Source: Balanoglossus misakiensis (Eukaryota > Animalia > Hemichordata). Taken from it: 64,000 nucleotides of DNA. A program made the translations under genes and the position numbers. The DNA is taken from positions 3,898,699 to 3,962,698 of the forward strand of contig CM082581.2 of NCBI GenBank assembly GCA_040954595.2, given 5' to 3'. Under the pieces are notes generated by a model. It made no database searches and had not been told where the DNA came from. It worked only from the letters and a program-made list of their open reading frames with translations. This document shows, piece by piece, positions 1-13,639 of the stretch (position 1 is the stretch's first letter; each line of letters opens with the position of its first letter).

Positions 1-16
1 TGAGTCAAACAGCACT

Positions 17-570
17 ACAGTAAAATGTATCTATGGACAGAGATGATCTCCTGTCTTCATGGACAATACAATATGTCACTCACTGCCGTCCAAAATGAGC
101 AATATACCGTATGGGGGCGCTACTGAATCTTGAGAAGACTAAGTTATTACCCTTGATTTCAGCTTGGCTGCTAAAGGCATGCATACAGATCTACGTTGGC
201 AAATGGTGACCATCAGAGAGAAACTGTTGTCTGTAAAAAGGGAAAAATAGACCAATACATACTTTTGTGTCAAAAAGAGCAGACTGGTAAAATGTAGCAA
301 ATGATCTTCTGTCTTCATGAACCTGATACAGTACATTCGAAATGAGCCATATGCTGTCATTCACGGGGTCTACCAAATTATGAGGAGACTATGTTACGGT
401 ATTACCTTTGAATCTGCTTGGCTACTTTACAGGCATCCACACAGATCTAGTCTGGCAGTTTTTGATCATCAGAGAAACTTCTGTACACAAATGAAAAAAA
501 TATGCCAATAAAAAGACAGTAAAATGGATCTATGGACAGATGATTTACTGTCTTCAAGAACAATGCAAGG
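17..570. repeat. Diverged tandem repeat, ~250-270 bp period, ~2.2 copies
   Basis: The block 'gtaaaatg...atgat.t.ctgtcttca' recurs near 20, 287 and 519. The block 'gagaagact...ttacc.ttga...gcttggct...aggcat.ca.acagatcta' recurs near 133 and 383. Confidence 0.7.
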
Positions 571-3480
571 CGCCGTACAGTTGTGGACAAATCTTGGCCT
601 TTTGTGATTTAGAGATCTTCATCGTGGTTCATGAAGGTAATGTACTTCAATGGCTGCTCACACAAAATAAATTTGCATACCAACACCACAGGAATCATGT
701 TACCTGGTTACCAGCTTGGCATCTGGGCTGGAGGATACATTGCATCATGGGCTGGAGGATTGTTGCATCATTGCAATCTGAAACTAACGAGAGAAAACAT
801 GTGTAAATAGACAATTATAACTGACTGCTATAAACTGCAACTTGGCTGCTAACAAACTCCAAAACCTGCAACAAATAATAAATAGTAAATATTAATTCAT
901 TATCATAGACAGGGCGGGTTTTATGTCATCTATTGTCTACTTCGCATACATTGTTCTGCGCCTTTCATCTGTTGGCTATTTAGATAGCTGATAAACATTA
1001 TCCATCGTAAAATTCTAGGATCTGATAAACTTATTTCATTATACTATATAGACTTACAAAAAATGTAACTATCTCCACTTCATTGGGAGAAACATGGACC
1101 AGTAATCAGTCAACAAATCACTGCCAATGACGCAAAAACTCTATTACCAACAAATTATCCCCCAGTAGTTATCACCTTTCTACATATTATGTATTATATT
1201 TGTATTACTATGCCTATCACTAATTTTAGCTCCTAAATGGATAATCACCATTACAGCTTTTGCAGAGTTTTAAGTTTAAGAAAACGACACAGTGCTAAAA
1301 ACTGTACAAATTATTAATGCGCTTTTCAGTTATTCCCTAAATCATCATAAATATTTACTAAATTATGCCTTTAAGCTATTAGCATACTTGACAATATCAC
1401 TACAAATTCAACACATTTCATCATCATCATCATCATCATATCATCATCATCACAACCGCCATCAAGTATCAATGTCAATCATCACCATAACAATAAGCAA
1501 CAACAATTAACATGAAAACTGCCACCACCATCACCAACTTTACATGGAAAAAACCCAAAATATTAAATGACCCATGAAAATCACAAACTTGCAACCAATG
1601 GCATCCTACAAAGTCATCAGTTTATTAATCTAGCTATACTATACTCTTAAATATTATCTGTTTATTATTATCAGTAGGTAAATTAGTAAGTCTAAGAATT
1701 TTGTAATACCGTACGGTAATAAACCTTCAATTGGTAATTATTCATATGCATAGTTGACATATACACCAGTAATTCTGAATGTTGATTTATTAAATTACTG
1801 CAACTTCCATAACAGACATGTTGCTATGCAAATTGCTTTCCAATTTACAAATGAGTGCTCACTTTAGGGGAAAGACAATGAGCTGTTGGTGAAACTGACT
1901 GGATGGTATTAAACACAATAAAATACAGGTATTCCCGTACACATCTGAAATACAAATCTTACATAATGCAATGTTTATTTAATAATCTGGAATAAAATCA
2001 TGCATTCAATACAAACAAATTGTGATCACAATTACACCAGTTAAATAAATTAGAAACTTTTACTCATTAACACTCTGATTGAGTGGTTACATGATGTTTG
2101 TGAGTGCAAGGTATATAGTATGTCATGTCTGCGAGTGCAAGGTATGTAATGATATCCCCAAATCTGACTGGCCAGGTCAGAATGGGGACACCCACATGGA
2201 ATATTATACAAAACACATTAAATACCACAGTCTATCCAACTGCAGTGTCATTGCATATACGAAAACAAAAGTGAATCAAAAGGCGCACATTCCTAGAAAA
2301 AAAGGAGAACTTTATTTAATTAACAATAACAGTCATATCAATACACCAGTCATAAATGTTTTCACCAACAGCTCAATGTACGAGGGTTATCTTACTCTTT
2401 TGTTCATAGAATCATCTGCCTCGAAAAACTCTATACACAGAATCACAAAGTATACAATATCAACTATGCATAGTGTTTAGGCTTCCAAATCTGATGAATA
2501 TTTAAGATGAATGTGACTGACTTTTTGGATGAAAATACACCAAAGTGTGTATTGTTGGTTAAATTAGACCTTCACTAACAAATTTATTGGTTACTTTGCA
2601 CCACTGTGACTACAAAATGTCATGGCTATTCAGACAGAACTGAACATTGCACCAATATTATTGTGGATTAAATTAAGACCAATAACAATCAAATAATCAC
2701 CATGTGACCTTTAAACCATTCAAACAATATTCATCTCAACCGTTTTCATTATAGAGTATCCAGAAAATCCACCAATCTGACAATATCACGCTGACATACA
2801 CTATGCATAAACTGGTGTCTTTCTTACACAGCCATAAAGTACTCATCATCATCATCATCATAATCATTAATTATTTTTGTCATTATTATTATTATTGTGT
2901 TATTATTTCATCATTATCATCAACAGCAGTAATACATTTGATACTATCAATCCCTGCCTATGATTTAATTATTTGATTATTTTTTCACTTGATTAAAATG
3001 TTGTCTTTAATCAACCTGCAGTTTACAAACTACAAATGTGACTGCACTCATATTATTATTAAGTTTGTCGTTTGATTGGCATTGATTTTAAGTAGTGCTC
3101 CAATTTCACTCATCGTCCTTACCGTAAATTTGCATTTGAACATCCTGAAGTACATGTTCACACAAATTGAATATAGCAGATGCTTACCTTGTTTTGCAGC
3201 AGGCTAATGTTTTCAATTCTGCACCATTCTACAAAGTTCATTTCAGCTGCCAAGCAAAAGAACAATTGCGTTGTATAACAACAAAATAATACTTCCCTAC
3301 TCAAAGATCAGCTGTAGTAACGTATATCCATTTCTGTAATCTTCAATATTTCACCACAAGTTCCTCCTGCAATTAAGAAAGTTGAGCACAAAATCAAAAC
3401 TTTCAAACAGTTTAGTAAAACTCAGAGTATACAGTATATCTTTATCTTCAAATGTTTATATTCGTCTATGAATTTTTGTC

Positions 3481-3670
3481 AGTTACACTATTTCACGACG
3501 AATCTTAGCCAAAGCCAAGCCATATGACAGCGCTACCAAATGGTGCAACCTCTGCTTAACAGAGAAATTTCTATCATTCGCAACCCACAACTTTCCACCC
3601 TCAATAAATGAAACGAACTTGTGTCCCCATGTCAACATAGACACAAAGCATCGTTTAGCAACAATTAAAT
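3481..3670 (+). mobile_element. Degenerate 3' fragment of a Penelope-like retroelement (GIY-YIG endonuclease C-terminus)
   Basis: Translates as SYTISRRILAKAKPYDSATKWCNLCLTEKF, then after a frameshift IIRNPQLSTLNK*NELVSPCQHRHK. This fits the Penelope-like tail W.IL..A.PY...KRCNLCL.EK...LNKR.EL.S.CRH. Confidence 0.75.
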
Positions 3671-4216
3671 CTACATGTAGAAACTCCAGAACAACACATC
3701 AGGTACACATTATTATGCAAAACTGCCCACCCCTACCAACATTCCACCACCTGTGCACCTGCATATAACCACGACTTCCCCCATGTGTTTTCACCAGTTT
3801 AATTAAATGAGTGAGTTGGAAAATTTTTTGCAGACATACCCTAATCTCCACCCCCACCCCTCTTGACAAACTGAGCTACGTTTCAGGCTAGCTCCTTTGA
3901 AATTAGTCACTCAAGTCAAAGTGATATTGTTGAAAATGACTGTCCTTTATTATGTCTTTGAAAAAAATTCACAAACAGAACAATGGTAACTAAAATGAAA
4001 CTCCCAAATTTTGACCAGAAATACCCAATTTAGACTAGTTGATGTTTTAACTTAGGCCGTTCAACACCTCCTACAGTGCGACCTGTGCCCCCCCCCCCAA
4101 TGAAAATAGTCGGGGTACCCATGTGAGCCTAGTACATGAAAGTTGTGCGAAATTATAAGGAAATTGGAGTAAAACAATATTTAGTCACATTTTTTTGCAA
4201 CTAACGTCACGGAATA

Positions 4217-4614
4217 CTACCGTTGTCATTTAAGCACCCCGAAACACTGATAAGAACTCCAATATAATTAGCCAGAGTAAACTGAGATTGCTATGCTGAA
4301 GTCCGCATCTGGTTACGTTCGTTTTGATCATTAGAACTGATTAGAGCAGTTCTGTATCAACACACTCTGGGGGTGTCCTGCTTCGAACATGTCTAAAACA
4401 CATGTGTACACATTTGTAAAGAGATTTTACACAGTGTCAGTTTTGAAGCAGGATGCCCCCTGTGGTACATGTTGATACAGAGCTATGTAATCAGTCATAA
4501 TGATCATTGCAAATGTAACCATATGCCGACTTCAGCATAAAAATCTCAGTTTACTCTGGCTAATTATATTGGAGTTCTTATCAGTGTTTCGGGGTGCTTA
4601 AATGACAACGGTAG
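4217..4614. mobile_element. ~400 bp near-palindromic MITE flanked by TA (Tc1/mariner-type TSD)
   Basis: ctaccgttgtcatttaagcaccccgaaacactgataagaactccaatataattagccagagtaaactgagat is exactly inverted at the right end. Imperfect symmetry continues to the centre, and ta flanks both ends. Confidence 0.85.
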
Positions 4615-5126
4615 TAAACATGATGATACTCACTGAATCATTCAAGTCGACCAACGACATCCCATGCACACTGTGTACCATCTTCAGAGCAGACTCCAGC
4701 ACGAAAGCTGGATTCAAACGCGCAAACAAATCATGATACACTATTCTCCATGTTCTGTCTCGAATATTCTCAGAGCCGTCAGTTAGACACTTGCGCCATG
4801 ACATATCTGACGTCATCGTGTAAAATTTCCATTACGTTGGACAAGTTTTCACTCATTCCCTGCGATAGAAATACGCAAGACACTTCTACTAACTATGATA
4901 AAACTTGTACCCGGCCCACTGGCGAATACTTGGAACCAGAATTTCATGAATAATATATCCATTCTGAGGGATGGGCGCTCCATTCAAACCAAGCGATTTC
5001 GCGATGAAAGTTCACTTCAAACCGACCGCCATGATATGACGTAGGCCTTCCACAACCATACATCGCCCTCAACGCCACACCACGTGAAAGTAACAGTTTC
5101 GTTTTGTTTCTTCACACATCATCAAC

Positions 5127-5653
5127 GATGCTGAAGTTAGTGTCGGTTTCGGATTCGGATTCAGTTTCAGATTCGGTTTCGGATTCGGGTTCGAGAGACT
5201 GAAAGTAGTTAAGCATTTTCGAGCGACCATCGCGGTGTGGCATCTGCAGTACGAGTATGAAAATAACTCTGTTAAAATATGAATATATCTCATAAAACTC
5301 TCTCGACATGTTAAGTATGATATTTTTGGCACCAAAACACTGTTTTCTCACATCGGAAATTGTTAAATACATATTTTATTATCGAAAAACATACTTCAAT
5401 GATAGAAAGATAATATTTTGTAATTTTCGGTTTGAATGAACATTTTTTGGGTGAGAAAAATGTCATACATAATAAGTACAGATTAAATCAAATTTATTCG
5501 TGTTTTAGTAAAGTAATTTTCATCCTCGTACTGCAGATGCCAAACCGCGATGGTTGCCCGAAAATGCTAAACTACTTTCAGTCTCTCCAACCCGAATCCG
5601 AAACCGAATCCGAAACTGAATCCGAAACCGAATCCGAGTCGTACTTCAGTATC
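5127..5653. mobile_element. Large inverted-repeat element with subterminal (CCGAAW)n hexamer arrays
   Basis: Arms at ~5127-5300 and ~5480-5653 are reverse complements, including (ttcgga/ttcggt)n versus (ccgaat/ccgaaa)n and ctgcagatgcca. This explains the mirror-image ESETESET ORFs on opposite strands. Confidence 0.75.
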
Positions 5654-6126
5654 GTACATCATCACAACTTCGAGTCGACTGTCTAGTGCCACAGGTTTAT
5701 CGATTTTGGACAGCGTACAGCTTTTCCGAGGACAACATATTTAATTCGTTTGAGATACATTTTCGTACACAACCCTATAGTGGAAAATACGAGAAAGAAT
5801 GCATGAAATATTATGTTAAATAACGGTGGAAATTGAAGTATCCCATTATGACACACCCAAGTTGGTGGACATGGTCGAGGTACCAAACCGTCGATGGATG
5901 GATGCACAACTGTTACCATTCATCAGCCCAACCCCAAGGTATAAAAGTGGTCTGACTGAATAACAGTAAACAATTAAATAAAAAATAGAAAAAAGGGACA
6001 AAAGATGAAAAAAGACATCTACAAATGATCGATTGTGAGACTAAGACTTCCGAGACTTTCAACTATGATATGTCAGCTGCATGGTCCAAAGTCCGCATGT
6101 TAATTTGTGGGTTAGCCTTCTTACAA

Positions 6127-6250
6127 CCGATAACGTAGTATTTTTTCTAATCGATAGCGTGGCAAAAAATTACTGATAACGTAGTAAATTTTCCTAACCG
6201 ATAACGTTGTAAAAATTACCGATAACGTATCAATCCATTAAAATTGATAA
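6127..6250. repeat. Minisatellite of 'ccgataacgt' units, ~21-25 bp period
   Basis: About six copies of (c/t)gataacgt separated by A/T runs. Confidence 0.7.
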
Positions 6251-7090
6251 CGTTTTTATATCTATCCAGCCATCGATTGATCATTAATAGTTTGATGTCT
6301 AGATATAGATCTATGTATCGACAGACAGATAGATAAACAGACAGACATGACATATCGACAGTACTAGGCCTATAGAAACATAGACAGTAGTAGGAGGAAG
6401 ATGGACACGTCTCCATGGCAAATCATTTATTTACTGTCTATGATAGAAATTAACTAGTTTCAAAACTGATTTTTTGTAAGCAGATTGGAGTTGTTCGAAT
6501 TCGAATAGACTTTAGAAAAGAATGGCAGGTTTGAAACTGGTCTATAGGTTTTCAACACTTCATCGTCCAGAGAGTGTTTTTTGAGAAGATATGTACGTAC
6601 GTGATAATAGTAGGTTTGAGTACTAAATCAGGAACAATCCCATGCAGTTTTTAGTTAATTTAAATTTCTGGTAGCAATGACTCTATGACACTTTGGGAAG
6701 AGTCGGTATGGGATCAAGACAGCGTGATTTTGACGGCAATGACGTGCTGATTTCCTTAAGTTCCTCTGTTGTCATGGGTACAAAATTAGAGAATGTAGTA
6801 GATGAGACTGGCCCACAAGTCGCTTGGGGATTTGGGGGAGGGCTTGGCTTTTGGTTTCAGTTACCAACGCGATCCCATGACTTGCGCGTCCAAGTCTTCA
6901 GGTGATATAGTAACGGGATATGGCACAGGCCTAATTACTAGTTTGACTTCGCGAATCCAAGTTATGACGAAGTCAGTGAAGAAATTTCTGAACCTGTTAG
7001 AAAGAGTTTGGGTGGGTGCAGGATACTATTTAGAATAAAAACATATGTTGAGTGAATTACTTTATTTTCTCTAGGTATGGAAATAAAAAG

Positions 7091-7191
<101 letters not shown>

Positions 7192-7700
7192 TTTTAATTA
7201 TATTAATTATTTTTGGAGATCGAGCGCCCTGTGATGAGACAGGAGGATTAATCATAGAATTGGGTAATTTTATTGGGTATTTTTTATTTGTATTGGGGTG
7301 GTTTCGGAAGACTATTTAGAATACTAATGCACATAATAAAAAATATGGTGAGTGAATTACTTTAGTTTGTCTCGGTATGGAAATAAAAAGTACCGGGTTT
7401 TAAAATTTGTCACAATAAATCATCACAAAACCAGCAGGGGCGCCAAAATGTGAAAAAAAAACAACACCATTTAACATATCATTTGATATGAATACAGCGA
7501 CATTTATGTGTACTTATGAGAAGTTACATATCATGTGCGTATGAAAAGTTTCAGCTCGTATTGAAATCCCACTTGGTTATCATTGGCTTGTCCCCCACCC
7601 CTTCAGTGTTGATGGGGTCAAAGGTTAATCTGTGAGGGCGCTGGTGTGTGTTGCATGTTGTGCATGCATATCGCATGCATATGGACGGACAGATAAGAAA

Positions 7701-7929
7701 ATGGACACTGACGGAACACCATCGTCGAGTTCAGATCATAGTATGGTATATGGCAAGCTTATAAAACAAGGTGCTGAGGCCCGGTTGTACTCTGGGAAGT
7801 TTATGGGTCGACCGACCATTATTAAAGAACGCTTCAAGAAGAAGTATCGCCATCCTACACTTGATAAGAAATTGACCCATCGACGCACAGTTAGAGAAGT
7901 GAGCGCAATCCTCAGATGTCGAAAAGCAG
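7701..7929 (+). CDS. TP53RK: TP53-regulating kinase / Bud32 (KEOPS complex), exon 1 of 2
   Basis: MDTDG...LIKQGAEARLY...IIKERFKKKYRHPTLDKKLT...EV..ILRCRKAG. Phase-1 donor GCAG|gtgtgg. Confidence 0.95.
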
Positions 7930-8460
7930 GTGTGGTAGAAATACTTATGTAGATAACTGAAAGTCTACAGTTATTGTTTATAACCCATTGGTTAATTACG
8001 GATCGAGAGTGGATGTCAAGTCCACATTGATCGATAACACAGTCGCGCATGTTGTAGCCCCAAGCCCTAACACTAAGAAAATGACTAAATCACACCACAC
8101 CACACCACACCACAAAGTGAGAGTGATCATCAAAAGTATATTGTATGCCACTTGATACTACATTTTGTAGCTAGTGTCATCTCAGCTTACTATCTCATAA
8201 ATAAAATATACACCTATATCTCTCAATATATATGTGACAGTAGCATAATCTTTGCATGCCCAAAAGCATTTACCATGGTTTCGCCCCCTTTATGTGTAGT
8301 AAGTGAATGTATTTATTCTCCGGTATTTTTATCAAAATGACCACAACAACAATGTGAGTGAATGAGATCATTATGAAAGAGATGTTTTGCTTGTTTTCAA
8401 TAATTTTTATTGATCATTTGTATTCACATGCTCTTGTATGTCCTTTTCATCCCACTCTAG

Positions 8461-8945
8461 GTATTTGCACACCAACTGTATACTTTGTTGACTATGAATC
8501 CCACAAAATATACATGGAAAATTTTGAAGCTGCCACGACTGTCAGAGATTACATAATTTCAGAAGGGAAGTCAACGCAGAGTGAAACTCGGCAAAGGCTG
8601 ATGACGCTGGCAAGTAAAATTGGATCGGTCCTGGCAACCATGCATGATAGCGACATCATCCACGGCGACCTCACAACATCCAACATGTTGCTACGGAAAC
8701 CAGTTGATGTGTCTCCAGTCATCCTTATCGACTTTGGACTCAGTTCAGTGTCAGCCCTGCATGAAGACAAGGGAGTCGATCTCTATGTCCTAGAGAGGGC
8801 CTTCTTGAGTACTCATCCGAACACTGAAGATGTTTTTGATCACATTTTAGCAACCTATCGTAAATCATCCAAGAAATCTAGTGAAGTGTTAAAGAAATTA
8901 GATGAAGTTCGATTGCGAGGAAGAAAAAGAAATATGGTTGGATAA
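8461..8945 (+). CDS. TP53RK: TP53-regulating kinase / Bud32, exon 2 of 2 (237 aa total)
   Basis: Acceptor ctctag. Contains [36 protein letters not shown] and the family C-terminus [12 protein letters not shown]. Confidence 0.97.
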
Positions 8946-9862
8946 AAGCAGCCATTTCTCTTCTCAGACGTCAGGGGCTTTTGTTAGTAGGACAATATTT
9001 AGTAACATTAAATGTTCATACCCCATTGGATATCACATTATCTGTAATCATTTCCTCATATGTTTAACTGTATTATTTGATTAGTAATTACAAAATGCTA
9101 TTTATAGCAAATGGATCTTGTTAATTGGTGTGTTCATTTTAGTCATTGACAAAAAAAATCGTCTGAAACCAGTGTTTCTTGGGGCTTTAAAAGGATGCTG
9201 AAAGCCTGCAATCAATGGCAAGCACTTTCTCTCAGTCATTTTGACACAAATGTTTTGCACAATCATATTGGATATACCTCTCCAAATTATACTAACTTTC
9301 GTGGAATTATGATTATTGTAAATTAAACAAACTAGTGACAAAATGGCCTTCAAAAATTTACTGTTATTGTGGGAAAACTAATTTTGTGTTTTAAATGTCT
9401 GAGATATGGTTTTGCCATGGGAGGGACTACACTATAGAGTGTTAGATTTTTATTGAACCATCATGGTTGACATTTGTATGGCATAAAACCAAGTCAATTT
9501 TCATAGAACCCCACAAAAATGCTGTACGGCAGAGTCAGCAACAAGCATCTAGTGTGATTATTCTCTCCCCCCCGAAAACGAATGGTTCATCCCTTCGACC
9601 GGAAGCTGTTATCCACGTGTCAAAGGTCACTGAGTGAAACATGTGCTGTTCTCAACAAGTGATGAATCAATACACTTCTCTTTGATCTGCTGTATGTGAT
9701 CTTGGCTGTCTCTTGGATTTCAATTACACAGCTATCACTACTAATACCATCGCCGATTCCACTGTCTCCACTCGCGGTGCAAGAACCGCTGAATAAACAC
9801 AATCACATCGCATCGTTCGTGCTCGACCTGAGGCTGAGCCAAACGGGTCGGCGAGCGTCGGA

Positions 9863-10099
9863 ATGGCGATGTCATCAACGATATTTCTCCGTAACTTTGC
9901 CGCCGTGAAACTGTGTCTCCGAACCATGGTACCAAAAATACGCCTCACCACTAGAAACTGCAGTGCTGCTGTGAAGGATTTTCATTCAAAACTTGGTTCA
10001 GAGCAAGTTGACCCCGATCAGGGTATCCATGGTAACAGTTTACATATCCCAGTGATGCTGGAAGAAGTGCTTAGTTTTTTCTCACCACAGGATGGACAG
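9863..10099 (+). CDS. METTL15: Mitochondrial 12S rRNA m4C methyltransferase (RsmH family), exon 1 of 4
   Basis: Arg-rich, acid-poor presequence followed by the RsmH motif HIPVMLEEVL. Phase-0 donor CAG|gtgaga. Confidence 0.92.
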
Positions 10100-10886
10100 G
10101 TGAGATGTTTTCAGTAAACCAAGGGACAGCTTTGCTGTTTTGATTAAAAGCAATGACATGTCTGAATTGTTGATGCAGATTCAGAGATGTATCATAATGA
10201 AATGGTTTTAATATTTGATGGGCATATGGTTTACCATTGGAAGTTGGGAGATCTGGCTGGGTGGCAATGTGAAAAAAAAAAAATGTAATTTGAAGACTAA
10301 GATTTTAACCATATATGGCCCTGGTACATGTAAACTATGGATGATTTTGCAGGCATTATCATTTGTCAAGTTTGATGCCTCTATCTTTTGGAAAACTGGC
10401 CTTAAAGGGACAAGGTTGCCAACTTATGACAGTTATAAAAATTACAACTCCAATGACTAGCATTTTAAGGATCAGCACTTGGAGTAGAGTAAGATAACAG
10501 TAAACATGGTTGAGTAATGCTAGAAAACTCAATTCTACTGTTGATATTTTCATGAAATTTTGCATGCTTGAAAAATATCATGGTAAAATAAACCCCATGA
10601 ATTGTTTTGCCCATAGAAATAAACACTTATGGAAAAAATGCTGACGATATGATCTATTCTACCTACCTGTGACAGCTATTTTTCAGGCAGCCGGTTTCAG
10701 TTTTGTCACAATAACTGGTACAGTGTACCACCAGTATATAATAAATGCACAGTACATGAATCCTTCCAGGCTATACTTTGTCAGAGACAATTTGTAGGCA
10801 TGCCTTGACTGGTTTGATTCCACTATGAATTTCTTCAATTCCTTGTTAATTAATTTAACAATATAACATGTCTTTTCTTTCGTTAG

Positions 10887-11026
10887 GTTTTTATCGATAT
10901 GACATTTGGAGCTGGTGGGCACAGTACTGCTATTCTGAATTCAGCCAATAATATCACTGTGTATGGTCTAGACAGAGACCCATGGGCTATTGGAGTTGCC
11001 AAGCAACTGGCAGACAAACAATTTGG
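10887..11026 (+). CDS. METTL15: METTL15 exon 2
   Basis: Acceptor cgttag. VFIDMTFGAGGHS...GLDRDP is the SAM-binding motif. Donor GG|gtaaga. Not in the ORF track. Confidence 0.95.
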
Positions 11027-11511
11027 GTAAGAATCACAGGCTAAGGATAATGTGTTAATTACTGGACACTTGTAATGTTACCAGTGCTCATCATGTATTA
11101 GTAACACTAATTTTAAACCATGCAAAGACCTTCAAAGTTGGTTTAAGTGGAAAAATGGCCAATACCTCATTTTCAATAACTGCTGGCAAGATGTTGTAAC
11201 ACTCCTGACAAGAAGGAAACATTTAATTTGTCTGCATTGGTTAATGGGCCGGTACATAACTTACACCTGTGTAACAGAATGTTTGTCAACATAATCTTGT
11301 TACCAAGATAGTGTTTTGAGTACTACATGTAGTTAGTATAACAGTAGTTTTCAATGTATTGTACATTGTGAATGCTGAGTGACCTGATCAGTGTAGTTTT
11401 GTGACAGAAATATTGATCTTTCATATGAATGTACAATGCTAGCTTTATGTGCTTTCACTATATTGCAGTTATATGTACATGCTGTATGTTTTCTTTGTGT
11501 TGAATCAATAG

Positions 11512-11703
11512 AGAGAGACTGATACCACTCCAAGGAAAGTTCAGTGAACTTGGGCAAGTTCTGGAATCACACGGTGTTGGTAACAATTCCGTTGATGGAA
11601 TACTCATTGATGCTGGATGTTCATCAATGCAACTTGACAATGCAGAGAGAGGATTTTCACTTAGTAAAGACGGTCCACTAGATATGAGAATGGATGGAAG
11701 CAG
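11512..11703 (+). CDS. METTL15: METTL15 exon 3
   Basis: [13 protein letters not shown]...[35 protein letters not shown]. Phases match the neighbouring exons. Confidence 0.95.
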
Positions 11704-11792
11704 GTAATTGGTTTTGTAAATATTGAAATGCCTTTTGTCATTCTATGATAAAGTAAAAAGCCAATGATCAAAATGTCTTGCTGAAGAATGAT

Positions 11793-11920
11793 TAGACTCT
11801 CTCACAGCCCACGCTTCGCTACAGGGCTCTTTACATGTTGTACAATGACGTGCCCTCAACCGTTTAGCACAGGAGACCATAGGCCTGCATAGGCGGTGAG
11901 AGAGACTGTGAGAGAGTCTA
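11793..11920. mobile_element. 128 bp miniature inverted-repeat element with TAG...CTA ends, in METTL15 intron 3
   Basis: 15 bp perfect TIR, tagactctctcacag ... ctgtgagagagtcta. No clean TSD. Confidence 0.65.
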
Positions 11921-12295
11921 GCTGTAGATAGACTCCACTTTTTTCAAGACATCTGTATTTGTTTACTCAGCACTAGATGCTTTTGCGTGTATCACTGTGA
12001 AACAAGTATAGAGTGATCAGGGCCTATGTTTTCCAGAGCAGTCCTGGATAATCTTTGAGTTTTGAAAGTTTAAAGGTTCATTAGCTGTAACTTTTTGCTA
12101 TGGTTTCAGCCATTTTGCTAAATGTTCGTCTACTGCAGTTTCCTGTTCAAATCCCTGAACCATGATGAATTGCCCAATATCTGGCTTATTGAGACAACAT
12201 ATATGTTTAAAATTAAAACAATGGATTTGGACTGAACCATGGTGGTGAAAGGGTAAAGAAAATGACTGTAGTTGATCAATTTGTATTTTTTACAG

Positions 12296-12896
12296 GAATC
12301 CAAATCAACCAACTGCAGCTGATGTGGTGAATTCTCTCAGCGAGATGGATTTGGCCAAAATTTTCAAGACCTATGGTGAGGAGAAACAGTCGCGCAAGAT
12401 TGCTCGTGGCATAGTAGAGTATCGTAAAAACTGGCAGCCAATATCCACCACCAAAGAATTAGCACACATTGTGTCTTGTGCTTTCACCCATCGTGAAGCC
12501 CAGAAGCGTAAGGACAAACTGAAAAGATCAGCCCATACCGCCACCAAGACATTCCAAGCGCTGCGCATATTTGTGAACAACGAACTCAATGAACTCGCTC
12601 TCGGTCTGGAAGAAGCGGAGAAATTGTTGAAACCTGGTGGCAAGTTGGCTGTCTTGACATTTCATTCTCTGGAAGATAGAATTGTGAAAAGGTTTCTGAG
12701 AGGGATCGATTACTCAGAGAAACCCAGTATGAGCATACGAGACAAGATGAGAAGCGGTATGAACAGAGAGACAAAGCCGTGGAGGGAAATTCATAAGAAA
12801 GTTATAGAAGCATCAGAAGATGATGTTCAGACGAATCCAAGGGCAAGATCTGCTAAATTAAGAACTGCTGTAAAGGTTGATGAAACTGTTGAATGA
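12296..12896 (+). CDS. METTL15: METTL15 exon 4 (389 aa total)
   Basis: PTAADVVN...YGEEK...ATKTFQALRIFVNNEL...LTFHSLEDRIVKRF...NPRARSAKLR. Confidence 0.97.
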
Positions 12897-13639
12897 GTTG
12901 AATGCTTTTTACAGGATGTGCGCTACCAAATATATTTTCCAAGATTTTGAAGTCCATGTTAGACTTGTGAAAAATTGTTTTTACACCTACTGCAATCCAA
13001 TTGTTATGGAATAGTCTTTGCCTTCACATATTCACAGCAGTGTTCATAGATTTATTAAACAGAAATTCAGTAAGTGGTACTTTGTCATCAATCATCATGG
13101 TCATTCTGTCATCACAACTAAATACATTATGTAAATTGTCAGTTTCTGTGATATGAAAATAAATGCACTCTGTTGGATTATGATTTTTCTTTCACTGTTT
13201 TTTAAGCTACTCGATGATTATAGTGATGTCCATCAACAGTTCTCAGAAACCATGGGTCATGCAAGTTTGATGTTTAGTGTTCAGGTCCCTGGATCCTTCT
13301 CAAAAATCTGCTATTCCAACATTTGATCAGAATTGTTATATTCAAAAGTGACATGTCTATCAGGTATAGTTTGATTTGTAATAATCAATCAGATGGGCAC
13401 TTACTGAAAAAAAATTGAGCTTTTGACCCAAAACAGACAAAAATCCCTGAAATATAATAATTTAATCCATATTGTTGGCATATTATAGTGAAATCCCTTT
13501 GGCCATGCAAACCAACATTGCAAATAAAACATGAGCGGCTTCTGAGAAATGGATTTTAACAAAACTTGCGCTCATACATGTAGTCTGATCTTGGTCCCCC
13601 CCCCCCCCCCCCCCATCCTATCATTTTGGTGCCGATAGG

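Noticed and set aside
5069-5686. Apparent pair of paralogous small ESETESET proteins on opposite strands
   Set aside because: They are the two arms of one inverted-repeat element.
6127-6250. Repeat-spacer-like array (ccgataacgt)
   Set aside because: The repeats are ~10 bp, the spacers are short and similar to each other, the context is eukaryotic and there are no cas genes. It is a minisatellite, not CRISPR.
7431-7444. CCAGCAGGGGCGCC as a CTCF site
   Set aside because: It is one G short of the core spacing, so it is too weak to call.
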